A DNA stretch of 39,376 nt from Octopus bimaculoides (Eukaryota), in NCBI RefSeq assembly GCF_001194135.2, contig NC_069008.1:2725021-2764396 (forward strand), in the 5' to 3' direction. The translations under genes and the position numbers were made by a program. This document shows positions 21,336 to 33,724 of the stretch, in pieces. Numbering within the stretch: position 1 is the stretch's first letter; each line of letters begins with the position of its first letter. Below the pieces are notes generated by a model. It saw nothing but the letters and a program-made list of their open reading frames with translations, made no database searches and was not told the origin of the DNA.

Positions 21336-22719
21336 GTATCTACGTGTTAGTCCTAGGGATTTCGTTATGCATTTCATTGCATCGTTTTTAATTATTCCCT
21401 TATTGTTATTGTTACTGGGATTTTAGCCATTTTAAACTATATTTACACTACCTTTTCTCTGTTGGTATTTCATAACGATTGCAATTCTTCCAGTGTATGA
21501 AAATCTCAAGTATTATTGATATTATTAAAAGGGATGGTAGAATGGATGAATTACAGCGGTGTTTGACTGAATGTTTTGTGTCTTTATGTCTTGAAGTCAA
21601 TAAAAATAGGACAAGTCACAAACCGAGGCAGAGAGGCTTTGTGCAGACAAACCATACTTATAGAGTTCCTTTGAAATGAAATAAGAATACAATAAATGGA
21701 AAGGTGCCTGAACACGCGAGAGGTATAGATGGTGTGGGCAGCAAACTACAGCGTTTATAGTTCCTGATATTACTTGCAATAAACCTTAAGCACCCAGATA
21801 TGTCTACAACACTACTACGACATCATCCATTCAACACCATCCATTCAACACCATCCTCATAAAACACAATCATTCTCACCCTTAAAACTTTTGAACACTA
21901 CTACAGCATCCTCCGCATAGCAGTATCCCATTCAGTGTAGGCACATGAATATACACATATATATATACAAAAGTGACACCAATCCTGCCGCAATCACAAT
22001 GCTGGGGTTCACACCATCATAGTTAAGAGTGGAACAGCAACCGAGACGACGTTCCAACACATACTCTGGGGTTCTTGAATAATCGTCCCCACCCTGCTTA
22101 TTAATTTCTCAGATTTTCTCCACATCCTACTGCTTTTATTCCACCCCCGCTTATTAATTTTTAAGATCCCCCCCTAACTTTTATTCCAACCCTCCCCCTT
22201 ATTAANNNNNNNNNNNNNNNNNNNNNNNNNNNNNNNNNNNNNNNNNNNNNNNNNNNNNNNNNNNNNNNNNNNNNNNNNNNNNNNNNNNNNNNNNNNNNNN
22301 NNNNNNNNNNNNNNNNNNNNNNNNNNNNNNNNNNNNNNNNNNNNNNNNNNNNNNNNNNNNNNNNNNNNNNNNNNNNNNNNNNNNNNNNNNNNNNNNNNNN
22401 NNNNNNNNNNNNNNNNNNNNNNNNNNNNNNNNNNNNNNNNNNNNNNNNNNNNNNNNNNNNNNNNNNNNNNNNNNNNNNNNNNNNNNNNNNNNNNNNNNNN
22501 NNNNNNNNNNNNNNNNNNNNNNNNNNNNNNNNNNNNNNNNNNNNNNNNNNNNNNNNNNNNNNNNNNNNNNNNNNNNNNNNNNNNNNNNNNNNNNNNNNNN
22601 NNNNNNNNNNNNNNNNNNNNNNNNNNNNNNNNNNNNNNNNNNNNNNNNNNNNNNNNNNNNNNNNNNNNNNNNGTAGAAAACAAATAGATGTATTAGTATA
22701 ATGCTCGGGAAGCGAAAAA

Positions 22720-22760
22720 GTCTTTAACGTTTCGAGCCTACGCTCTTCTACAGAAAGGAA
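22720..22760 (-). ncRNA. Degenerate hammerhead-ribozyme-like motif (Penelope-type terminus)
   Basis: CUUU-CUGUAGA-A-GAGC(GUAG)GCUC-GAAACGUU-AAAG. A6 of the CUGANGA core is U here. Confidence 0.45.
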
Positions 22761-22789
22761 CACAGAAAGAAACAAGGAGAGAAAAATGA

Positions 22790-22827
<38 letters not shown>

Positions 22828-22831
<4 letters not shown>

Positions 22832-23040
22832 GTTTGTGTGTCTGTGTTTGTCCCCCCCCCACCAGCGCTTGACAACTGATGTTGGTATGTTTATGTCCCC
22901 GTAACCTAGCGGTTCGGCAAAGAGACCGATAGAATACATACTAGGCTTACCGACTAATTTTGGGGTTGATTTGCTCGACTAGAAGGCGGTGCTCCAGTAT
23001 GGCCACAGTCAAATGACTGAAATAAATAAAAGAATCAAAG
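22828..23040 (+). mobile_element. SINE family A, 3' half
   Basis: Reverse-complement homology to 6478-6700. Confidence 0.8.
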
Positions 23041-25289
23041 AATATATGACCAAAAAACACGTAACAAGTAACCCCTTATGTTATAAAATAAATAGGATTT
23101 ATAAACTAAATAACGAATTCTGCTTTAAAAAAATCAAAGGTGACAGCCAGTCGATAAATTAAGTACCAGTTGAGTACTGTGGTCGATCTCATCGACTGAA
23201 CCCTCTCCCCAATAATTTCAGGCCTTGTGCCTAGAGTAGAAAATAATTTCTCTACGATTTGTCTACCAATCACCAACACAAATTCTACGCAAACTAAGAA
23301 CTTCAATGACGAATTGTTTATCCTTACAGGACAAACTTTTTACGGAATAAGGATTTAACAACATCAACACAACACAACTAATTTCTCTTTGAACATCATG
23401 GCAGAGAAAAGCGTATTTCGTGGTGCGACGCATGGAAATTATTCTGTAGAAGAAAAGCAGGCACTTGCTATTTGTGGGGAACAAATGCAAAGGGGAGTAT
23501 AATTCTGAATTAGGGCGAATGAAAGGGAAAACTTATTGGGATGCAATTTGGGGTAAGGTTTTACCAACTTAACCCCACGCTTTTCATCAGAAAAAAAAAA
23601 TTGGATTTTTCGCGTGGAATCAACTCACCTGACCTACTACTATGCCGCAGACAACTGAAAGCAAAATATCGCGAAATGGAGAAAGCAAAGATACTAGAAA
23701 TGTTAGTTAAAACATAGAATAAAATACCTACGCCCAATCGATCTGAGATGATGCAGATGCTACATCAAGCATGTGCAGATTATCAATGGCTCTGAATCAA
23801 GCACCTCGTCAGTCCGTCGATGCAAGAATTTCGTCTTGAGATGATGTAAAAGCCCTGCCCGAATACTATTCAGAGAATCATTGTTAATTTCTTTTCCTCG
23901 TTGTTACAAGTGCTAATTTCCGTACATACACCATCCAGTTACTGATTCCCGCCAAACTCCGTTCATTCCAACCTACCTTCTCATATGAATTTAAGCAAAT
24001 GTCTAACCCGCCTGCTTATTCCAACCTCCTCCTCCGCCGCCCCCATTATTTAGGACCCGAGAGTAAATAACTGGTTCTAAAAAATCATGGGGGACAACGT
24101 AGAAAATTTTAAAATGTTATACAGTTACCACTATACAATTACCGATTTTCCAACTCCCCCAACCCGTTTATTCCAACCCACCCGTTTATATGAATTTAAG
24201 CAAATGTCTAACCCACCTGCTTATTCCAACCCACCCCTATTATTTGGGGCCCGAGAGCAGTAGAATATAAGGAAATACAACTTACGTTTGGTAGAGATGA
24301 GGGTAACAACTGTATTTGAGGAAGTTAAGGGCTTTCCACTGTTCTCAACAATATCATCTACTTTCAGAATTATCACTGAATGTCCAAAAATGTCTGAATT
24401 ATTCACTGCAGCCGATTGTGTCTAACAACATCGCTAATCTCTGCCGCTGTCAGGACTACCCACTTCAATCAATAGCGTTCACGTTAATCAAGTGTGAAGA
24501 CGATTCTCATCTCAGGTTAAACTAAATATTTAATGACAAGCTATTGATTGCAGCCACGCTTCATTGATCAAACAAAAGATACATCTTTCTGAATTAACGG
24601 GTTTTTAAGATAGTGTAGGTGTTGTCATTGTTGTCATCGATTTAACTTAGCGATAGTCTTGTTTGTAGTTTGGATTTTAGGGTGTTATGGTTACGATGGT
24701 GATGATACTAAAAGGTGTTGATGTTGCAATGATGGATTTAGAGGTGGTGGTGAGGGTTGCGTTGTGGTGGAATGATTGTGGGGGTATCAGCGTGCTACTA
24801 GTGATGGTGATGCTGTAGGGGGGTAGAATTGGTGCTGGTTAGGGTGGTGATTGTTGGGGTAGCAGTTGTTGTTGTGGCGGTGTGGAGAGATATTAGTGAA
24901 TGATTTTTTTTTTGCTGTGGTTTGTGGTTGGGGGACATGTTTGCCCTGCTTTTATAGGGAGTTCATGGCTCAAATTAGTATGTTTTGAATAGGATTNNNN
25001 NNNNNNACATGTTTGCCCTGCTTTTATAGGGAGTTCATGGCTCAAATTAGTATGTTTTGAATAGGATTTGATTGGTAGAGGATAGTCACATGACTGGTCT
25101 TAGAAATTTTCGTATGTTCTCCGCTACTTCCATGTGCTAGTATCTAGTGACAATGTTTGGAGTCGTAAGTTAAAGCTGACATGGGTGACTGAGCAAGTCT
25201 AAACAATCAATGCTCTGAATGTTTGCCATCAAATGTTTGTAGAGAATGAACACATGATTAAGTTTATAACCTTTTGAACGTTTCCCGCT

Positions 25290-25378
25290 ACATCGATATA
25301 TGCCTTGAATTTCCACAAATATCTACGAGAAAACTGGAAACGTTACTTAGATGACTGCCTAATCCTATGGACGTACAC
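25290..25378 (+). mobile_element. Penelope-like RT fragment
   Basis: KYLRENWKRYLDDCLILWT (YxDD motif in Penelope context). Confidence 0.6.
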
Positions 25379-25388
25379 NNNNNNNNNN

Positions 25389-25415
25389 CGAGCAACGCCG
25401 GGTATCTCTGCTAGT
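25389..25415 (+). mobile_element. Helitron 3' terminus (rest lost in gap)
   Basis: agcaacgccgggtatctctgCTAG|t; last 21 nt identical to 1904-1924. Confidence 0.55.
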
Positions 25416-25972
25416 GCATGAATAATATTATAGATCCGAGAAACAGTTTTGTCTTGATTTGTGTATATACATATATGTATGTGTGTGTCTGTGTGTCCAT
25501 GCATGCATTCATATATACTTGTACATACATACATACATACATATATACATACATATATAAATGCATACAAACACACACATACACACATGAACGTATACAA
25601 ACAAACTAGTATGTACATTACATGACGAGAGGTCAAAACAATCAACTTCAAGTTACAACACATTATGTAATCCTTGATACACTTACATCTAAATATAATG
25701 AGAATACAAATCTGTTCACGGTTGAAATGAATTTGAAATGAGATCATTTGGGACACGCCTGAGCTGGTACGGAACAGCCACAGAAATTGTTTAGAAAGTA
25801 GCCGAGATCCCTTCGTCACGGCTGATTAAGAACAAAATGAAAATAAGGAAATAGTAACAGATTTCACATTGCAGTTCCAGTGAATTCCAAGATTAGGAAT
25901 TAAGGAACGGGGAAGGATGTAAAATGTATAAGGTTTTAAATGAGATTTGGTGGTAATCTTCCAGTATAGGGA

Positions 25973-26142
25973 GGTTGTTGGCACTCCGTCGTTTACGACG
26001 ATGAGTGTTCCAATTGATCCGATCAACGGAACAGCCCGCTCGTGAGATTAGCGTGCAAGTGGCTGAGCACTCCACAGACACGTAGTTCTCGGGGATATTC
26101 AGCGTGACACAGTGTGACAAGGCTGGCCCTTTGAAATACAGG
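25973..26142 (-). mobile_element. SINE family B, 3' part
   Basis: Homology to 8322-8500. Confidence 0.85.
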
Positions 26143-26239
26143 TATCTCATACTACTCACAAAACTAGTGAAATATGTTTCCAGGAAATTGCCGAATTACT
26201 ATCAAAAATATTCTGTAATAAGAGTTCCCTTTTTAACAC

Positions 26240-27600
26240 TCGACTTTTTTGCTCAATATGGTGTTCCGGATACCATAGTCTCAGACAATGGAACACAATT
26301 TACAGGATACAAGTTCAAGAAATTCTGCAAAATGCATGCAATCAAGCACATGTTTACCCCACCCTACCATCCGAGGTCAAATGGGCAAGCCGAACGGTTC
26401 ATAGATACTTTCAAGCGAGTGCTAAAACAAGCGAGGAATGAGTTAGGAAATGACAAAGCGCTAAGTTCTTAATGGTGTACAGCAGTGGTTCCCAAACTAT
26501 GAGTCGCGACCCACTGATGGGTCGCGAACGGAATCCTAGTGGGTCGCAAAAAGTTATAAAGTTACGCATTAGCTTTGATTAACTGCTGTCTATGGAGATA
26601 GTTCAAGACTCATGTTTTCAATACCAGACTGGTTGTTTTTATCAAGCAGTAGGCTTTTTTCACGAACTTAACAAATCAGAGGTGGTCATTTTCTCAAGTT
26701 ATTTATACATAACGAAGCAAAAGTTGATGATGGTATAATCATTGAGATATCTGAACACTTGAATAAGCTGAAAGAAAGTTTCGAATTTTATTTTCATGAA
26801 GAGATGAATACTATGCAACAGAAAAGATGGATTACGAACCCCTTTCAATCTGACTTGACGACTGGAATATCAACAAAAGCTGATGAGGAACTTATCGATT
26901 TATCCGAAGACTGTTCCTTGAAAATGATCTTTAACACCCGAAAATTGGTACAGTTCTGGGCATTTCTTCAAACCCCGTACCCAATCATTTCCACCGAAGC
27001 ATTAAAAGTACTTCTCCCTTTCGCCTCATCTTATAATGCTGAAGCTGGATTTTCAGCAATGGTTGGGATTAAAAGCAAATTTCGAAATAAACTGTAGCTC
27101 TCAAATTCTTTATGGCTGAAACTATCACGCATTGAACCTGATGTTAATTCTATTATTGAGCGTAGCAAGAAACAGGCTCATCCTTCTCACAGGCCTCAAT
27201 GAAAATGTAATCTGAAATAAATTTGTTTCTTTCATTAATGTTTTTACCCAGTAGAGTTAATTGGGTCGCCAAAAACTGGTGTCATAGATAGTGGGTTGCA
27301 TCTCTAAAAAGTTTGGGGACCACTGGTGTACAGAATAACGTTCAATCCGAATACCAGCTCAGGCAAGTTGCCTGCAGAGCTAATGTTCGCTCAAAGGATT
27401 AACTCGATCTTCGACAAATTGTTGTCAAAGGAAAAAAGCGTATAGAGAAAATACAAAAATTTCAACTGAACATGTTGATGTCGGAGACAAAGTCCATTTC
27501 AAAGTATACAAGAACGGTAAAGAGAGTTGGCGGGATGGTGTAGTGACTAAAAGAATTGGAAACGATGTATTTAATAAAAGGCCAACAATGGGAGCATGAG
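26240..27600 (+). mobile_element. Ty3/Gypsy integrase remnant split by a hAT element
   Basis: FAQYGVPDTIVSDNGTQF...TPPYHPRSNGQAERF...[insertion]...YRITFNPNTSSGKLPAELMF...WRDGVV. Confidence 0.85.
26483..27325 (+). mobile_element. 843-bp non-autonomous hAT/Buster element with intact TIRs and 8-bp TSD
   Basis: TIRs CAGTGGTTCCCAAACT / CAGTGGTCCCCAAACT; TSD GTGTACAG at 26475-26482 and 27326-27333. Carries only the transposase C-terminus (WITNPF...PFASSYNAEAGFS...QAHPSH). Confidence 0.95.
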
Positions 27601-27621
27601 TGACTTCTAAAAATCAGATGT

Positions 27622-27706
27622 TGTGCGTTGGCACTCCGTCGCTTACAACGTCGATGATTCCGATCAACAGAACAGCCTGCTCGTGAAATTAACGTGCAAG
27701 TGGCTG
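27622..27706 (-). mobile_element. SINE family B, 3' fragment running into a gap
   Basis: Homology to 8322-8415. Confidence 0.75.
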
Positions 27707-28140
27707 NNNNNNNNNNTATAATTATATTTTTATAATTATATACTTAAAAATTAATTTTACCGATATAGTGGGTTTTTTATATATTAACCACTGATATGAT
27801 CATTTTAATGATTATATCCTCAAATTATAAGTATAAATAATTTTGAATACTCAAGTCATCATATTATGATGCGTTACTATATTTACAACGTATGATTTCT
27901 GACATTAACCTCATGGCCGAGATGGGCGACTAGATGTAATGCATACGCGGGAAATTCATGTACATATTGGTCTCTGTACGCAAAGATTTATCGGTATGTG
28001 TATGTAATTTTCTCTTATATATTGTCGGTGTATCTCTACTGAGGGGTCTAAAGTAATCTTTATTACAGAGTACGAAATCTTCAGATATAGGATTCGGCCT
28101 TGGGTCATAAATACAGAACAAATTTAGCCGAAGAAATTTT

Positions 28141-28185
28141 TCTGCGCTGATGAACGGAAATAATCCGGAAATCGCGATACACAGA
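28141..28185 (+). ncRNA. Minimal type I hammerhead-ribozyme-like motif
   Basis: Stem I UCUGCG/CACAGA (one mismatch); core CUGAUGA; stem II CGGA(AAUAA)UCCG; GAAA; palindromic stem III AUCGCGAU; AUA cleavage triplet ending at 28179. Confidence 0.6.
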
Positions 28186-28578
28186 TATTGTTTTGAGTGG
28201 GGGTGCTAGATTCCCTTGTTCGAAAATCTAAGGACACAGATCGTGTCGTTTATAGCCAGCTGGAGCGATTTAGCCCCAGTTTCCTGGGTTTAAATTACAG
28301 CAACATTCGTCCTAAACCAGGACTACCATATTATGCTGGCAAACAATCTTTACTCAAAATTTAGAGTGGATTGTATGCATCGGACATTACTTCTATCGTA
28401 TCGGCGTTTGCTTTTCAGCGCCCTTGAAAAATATAATTATATTACATTTTTATAATTATATGCTTAAAAATTAATTTTACCAACATGGCGGTTTTTATAC
28501 GCTAGCTCCTGATATCATTTTAATGATTATATCCTCAATTTATACATACATATATACACATACTCACACACACACACA

Positions 28579-28628
<50 letters not shown>

Positions 28629-29007
28629 NNNNNNNNNNNNNNNNNNNNNNNNNNNNNNNNNNNNNNNNNNNNNNNNNNNNNNNNNNNNNNNNNNNNNNNN
28701 NNNNNNNNNNNNNNNNNNNNNNNNNNNNNNNNNNNNNNNNNNNNNNNNNNNNNNNNNNNNNNNNNNNNNNNNNNNNNNNNNNNNNNNNNNNNNNNNNNNN
28801 NNNNNNNNNNNNNNNNNNNNNNNNNNNNNNNNNNNNNNNNNNNNNNNNNNNNNNNNNNNNNNNNNNNNNNNNNNNNNNNNNNNNNNNNNNNNNNNNNNNN
28901 NNNNNNNNNNNNNNNNNNNNNNNNNNNNNNNNNNNNNNNNNNNNNNNNNNNNNNNNNNNNNNNNNNNNNNNNNNNNNNNNNNNNNNNNNNNNNNNNNNNN
29001 NNNNNNN

Positions 29008-29038
<31 letters not shown>

Positions 29039-29199
29039 GTATGGTGGTTATTTTCTCTTTATGCAGAGACTGACCACCGACTGTACCTACGCCTTAGATC
29101 TATCATGGCGTCTGATGTGGCTTTTTAAACCAGACAATGTTTTGAAAAGATACCCACATTCCGATTTGGACCACCAAGTGCTGCAGTTAAGTTCTGATC

Positions 29200-30250
29200 T
29201 TTGTGGATCTTAAAATGTTTTGATGCCCCCGTAAGATTTTGCAAACCTTATAGCATACATAGCATTGAAAATTGTGCGCAGATATAGAGGCAGAATAGTT
29301 GGTGGAGGTTCATGCATCAGCAAATGAGATTTGAGCTCAGCAAAAGAAAAGCATGGTCTGTCACAAACTGCACACAAAAAGGTCCTTGTGATTTACCTTC
29401 TCAATCGTAACATTCTTCTTTAAATCTCTCTTGAGTCTTGCATGGGTTACCCCGGCCTCTTCAAACGCTTTCACTCCACACTCCACACTTTTGTTTGCCA
29501 TCCAGCGCGATCAAAAGTAAAAGTTTCTATGCCCTCTGGATCCATTCCAAGTGACTTCATGGTAGTCCTTCTGCCGTCCTTAAACCTCTTTTTAGATTTT
29601 CACCGATGGCGTTCCCCTTCTGCATGCACACCATAAAACAGCTGTTTATGTGTGCGTTCATCCGCCATTCGAACAGTATGGCCACATCATCTCATTTGGT
29701 TTTCCAAAATCATTGTTTAAATTGACGCCTGCAGACGCAAGGACGTCTGTGTTTGGAGTAAAAGAATTCCATTTAATGTTTAAAATACGATGAAGGCATT
29801 TTTTGTGGAATTGTTCTAACAATTTAATATGCCTTTCATAACATGTCCATGTTTCAGAATACAGCAGAGATGGTAAGACAAATGATTTGTAAAGAGCCAA
29901 TTTTGTGTTGTTATTTATATATCGTTGGCGCCAAACGCGTGACTCCAAACCACCAAATGCTTGTGCTTCCCTTTGAATTTGCAGATGCATTTCTGTGCCC
30001 AGATTCCCATCATTTTGTACAGAGCTTCCAAGGTAGATGAAAGAATCGACAACTTCAAGTAACTTACCCTTAACAAAAAATTTATTGGGGTTGCAAACAG
30101 CACCACATGCAGATTGATGCATTACGACAGTTTTTTTCAAGTTGATGGTCAAGACAAAATCATCACAAGCTGAGTCAAATGCAGATACAAAAGATTGCAG
30201 ACCTGTTTCAGAATGACCTGACTAGATCGCAGTCGTCAGAGAATAAGAGA
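29200..30250 (-). mobile_element. RTE-clade (BovB-like) LINE, RT C-terminal half
   Basis: LLFSDDC, TINLKKTVVM, VDSFIYLGS, TKLALYKSFVLPSLLYSETW, FHKKCLHRILNIKW. Confidence 0.9.
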
Positions 30251-30425
30251 TCCCTAATGAGTGAAGTAAAAACCTTTCTTGGCGCGGGTGGGGCATTTGG
30301 GACATGCGTATGATGTGTCCCTGTGGTGGTTTGGTGGTAGTAATGGCAGTGTAGTGGTGGCATTTGTGTTGTGGTGGTAGTAAATGTGGTTTGTACTTGT
30401 TATTGTAGAGGTAATGGTTTATGTG

Positions 30426-30465
<40 letters not shown>

Positions 30466-31329
30466 NNNNNNNNNNNNNNNNNNNNNNNNNNNNNNNNNNN
30501 NNNNNNNNNNNNNNNNNNNNNNNNNNNNNNNNNNNNNNNNNNNNNNNNNNNNNNNNNNNNNNNNNNNNNNNNNNNNNNNNNNNNNNNNNNNNNNNNNNNN
30601 NNNNNNNNNNNNNNNNNNNNNNNNNNNNNNNNNNNNNNNNNNNNNNNNNNNNNNNNNNNNNNNNNNNNNNNNNNNNNNNNNNNNNNNNNNNNNNNNNNNN
30701 NNNNNNNNNNNNNNNNNNNNNNNNNNNNNNNNNNNNNNNNNNNNNNNNNNNNNNNNNNNNNNNNNNNNNNNNNNNNNNNNNNNNNNNNNNNNNNNNNNNN
30801 NNNNNNNNNNNNNNNNNNNNNNNNNNNNNNNNNNNNNNNNNNNNNNNNNNNNNNNNNNNNNNNNNNNNNNNNNNNNNNNNNNNNNNNNNNNNNNNNNNNN
30901 NNNNNNNNNNNNNNNNNNNNNNNNNNNNNNNNNNNNNNNNNNNNNNNNNNNNNNNNNNNNNNNNNNNNNNNNNTTAAGTAAGCCTGTTTGGTCATTAGAC
31001 CATTCACGGATGCACCTCTGAATTGAATGAAAGAAATCATAATGGTAGATGTTCCCTGCGTTGCTTGATTTATTTGGCGCAATAGTGAACATGCAGAGTC
31101 ATACGCCCACAGAATTATCATCGTTTTCCATTGGGACAATAGGTCGATCTGTAAAAAAAAACCGGCAGTATTTGAGTTTATTTTCCTTACCACATAACTG
31201 CTGACATGTGCTGTTTAGCAGATGGAAAGGTTGAGCCTAAAGATATAACATAAAGAGAAATAGTATTTTTGCCTGCTGTTTCGCTGGGTTGCACATACAA
31301 CATTATCTGAACAAAACATTTGATGAGTG

Positions 31330-31880
31330 GCCTGTGCAGAAAGGATGAAAAATGTAGTATCTGTTGCCTACCTTACAATTGGGGGCACTCAACGGAGAGC
31401 ATACTGTGAAGATTACGCAAATGAAATAAATAAGGTAGCAAGGGTATGGTTACCTGATGTTTTTCCTGTTTGCCGCATAGAGCAACATCCGTTGTTGTCT
31501 TTCCCTTGTAGTCTCCGTACCGCGCGCAGCAGCAGTTGTTGCAGCATCTCTTGTAAGTCGAACTGCGCGTTGTGCTACAGTCTTTGCAGCACGTGAAACA
31601 GCATTTGAGGAAGCATCTCCTGTAAGTCGAACTGCGCGTTGTGCTGCAATCTCTACAGCACGTGAAACAGCAGTAGGGGAAGCCTTTCTTCTTCGGCGTG
31701 CTGAACGTTGCTCGTTGCTCTGGGAGGCTCGTTGCGCAGCAATACGTTGCAACCGATCACAACGCTGCTCTTCACTTTCCCTTCTTCGCGCTGAAGCCAT
31801 CCTAAGTGCATTGAGAGAGCTCCCCCTGGCGGCGTCCTCGGCAGATTCATTTGCACGCACACGTTTACTTTTCTTAGCGA
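31330..31880 (-). mobile_element. Helitron-like ORF remnant with 23-aa STPR-type repeats
   Basis: RESEEQRCDRL, ETTRERQQRM; AQRAVRLT recurs with a 69-nt (23-aa) period at 31552/31621. Confidence 0.55.
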
Positions 31881-31896
31881 AGTTATAAAATTATCT

Positions 31897-31928
<32 letters not shown>

Positions 31929-33724
31929 TGTATGTATNNNNNNNNNNNNNNNNNNNNNNNNNNNNNNNNNNNNNNNNNNNNNNNNNNNNNNNNNNNNNNN
32001 NNNNNNNNNNNNNNNNNNNNNNNNNNNNNNNNNNNNNNNNNNNNNNNNNNNNNNNNNNNNNNNNNNNNNNNNNNNNNNNNNNNNNNNNNNNNNNNNNNNN
32101 NNNNNNNNNNNNNNNNNNNNNNNNNNNNNNNNNNNNNNNNNNNNNNNNNNNNNNNNNNNNNNNNNNNNNNNNNNNNNNNNNNNNNNNNNNNNNNNNNNNN
32201 NNNNNNNNNNNNNNNNNNNNNNNNNNNNNNNNNNNNNNNNNNNNNNNNNNNNNNNNNNNNNNNNNNNNNNNNNNNNNNNNNNNNNNNNNNNNNNNNNNNN
32301 NNNNNNNNNNNNNNNNNNNNNNNNNNNNNNNNNNNNNNNNNNNNNNNNNNNNNNNNNNNNNNNNNNNNNNNNNNNNNNNNNNNNNNNNNNNNNNNNNNNN
32401 NNNNNNNNNNNNNNNNNNNNNNNNNNNNNNNNNNNNNNNNNNNNNNNNNNNNNNNNNNNNNNNNNNNNNNNNNNNNNNNNNNNNNNNNNNNNNNNNNNNN
32501 NNNNNNNNNNNNNNNNNNNNNNNNNNNNNNNNNNNNNNNNNNNNNNNNNNNNNNNNNNNNNNNNNNNNNNNNNNNNNNNNNNNNNNNNNNNNNNNNNNNN
32601 NNNNNNNNNNNNNNNNNNNNNNNNNNNNNNNNNNNNNNNNNNNNNNNNNNNNNNNNNNNNNNNNNNNNNNNNNNNNNNNNNNNNNNNNNNNNNNNNNNNN
32701 NNNNNNNNNNNNNNNNNNNNNNNNNNNNNNNNNNNNNNNNNNNNNNNNNNNNNNNNNNNNNNNNNNNNNNNNNNNNNNNNNNNNNNNNNNNNNNNNNNNN
32801 NNNNNNNNNNNNNNNNNNNNNNNNNNNNNNNCCCTTTTTATTTTTTCTATAAAATAAACTATTGGTTCTTTTTGCTAGACTTCTATGTAACGATCAAGTA
32901 CTGGGATCGATGCTATCGACTAAACACTTTCTGCCAAAACTGATTGATGACTTGTGAAAATCGTTTCTGCTCTGCTTTTTGCGTTCTGTGTTCAAGGGTT
33001 CCGTAGGGATTACTTCGCTCGTCTTCGTTTAGTGATCCGTAAATTAAGTACTGTATCAGCACACTGAGATCGATGGACTCAAAACTGTGCAAATATTAGG
33101 AAGGCATTAAAATCCTCCTCCTCCTCCTCCTCCTCCTCCTCATCATCATCATCATCATCATCATTAGTAGCAGCAGCAGCACCGACAGCAGTAGGAGCAA
33201 TGTCCTAGCATATGAACTACAATTCATAAAAATCATAGATCCAGAAAATCAATTGATCGTAAGTATAACGTGTGTATGTGCGTATGTGTTTGCGCGCGTG
33301 TTTCATATGTGTGTGTGTGTGTGTGTGTATTTGTGTGTACACAGACATACATACACTAACAAGCATGTATAAACTTGATCTGCATCTGACAAACCAATTT
33401 CAAAGGACAGCTTAGATGAAGTATTCCTCGATACACTAGCTCAGCAAAAAATTCAGGATTTGAAATGACTCTAATGTGAGGTCTGTAAGAACCAATGTGA
33501 ACCGGAATTAAAACATCAACAACAATAGTATAAAGCGCAGAGAACATTAAGTGACGCAGGGAAGAGCAAAGATATACACCACGTGATTATCTATGAGGAC
33601 CAGGCGATGGCAACGAAAATGAGTGAAAACATATTCAAAACCCTGAAGCTTGTATATAATGTTCAACAGCCTCGTCCCAAACCTGTGAAACTGTGTCAGT
33701 GACAAGGTCGCAGATAGCGCGACG

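Larger units (their letters stand above)
22062..24065 (+). mobile_element. pogo/Tigger-like DNA transposon remnant with TIRs and nested insertions
   Basis: Left tactctggggttcttgaataat and right attatttaggacccgagagta. Internal LKAKYREMEK...KIPTPNRSEMMQMLHQAC at about 23650-23780. Right end repeated at 24165-24259. Confidence 0.55.

Noticed and set aside
24935-25068. Exact 62-bp direct repeat on both sides of a 10-N gap
   Set aside because: Typical unmerged contig overlap, so an assembly artefact rather than a biological duplication.
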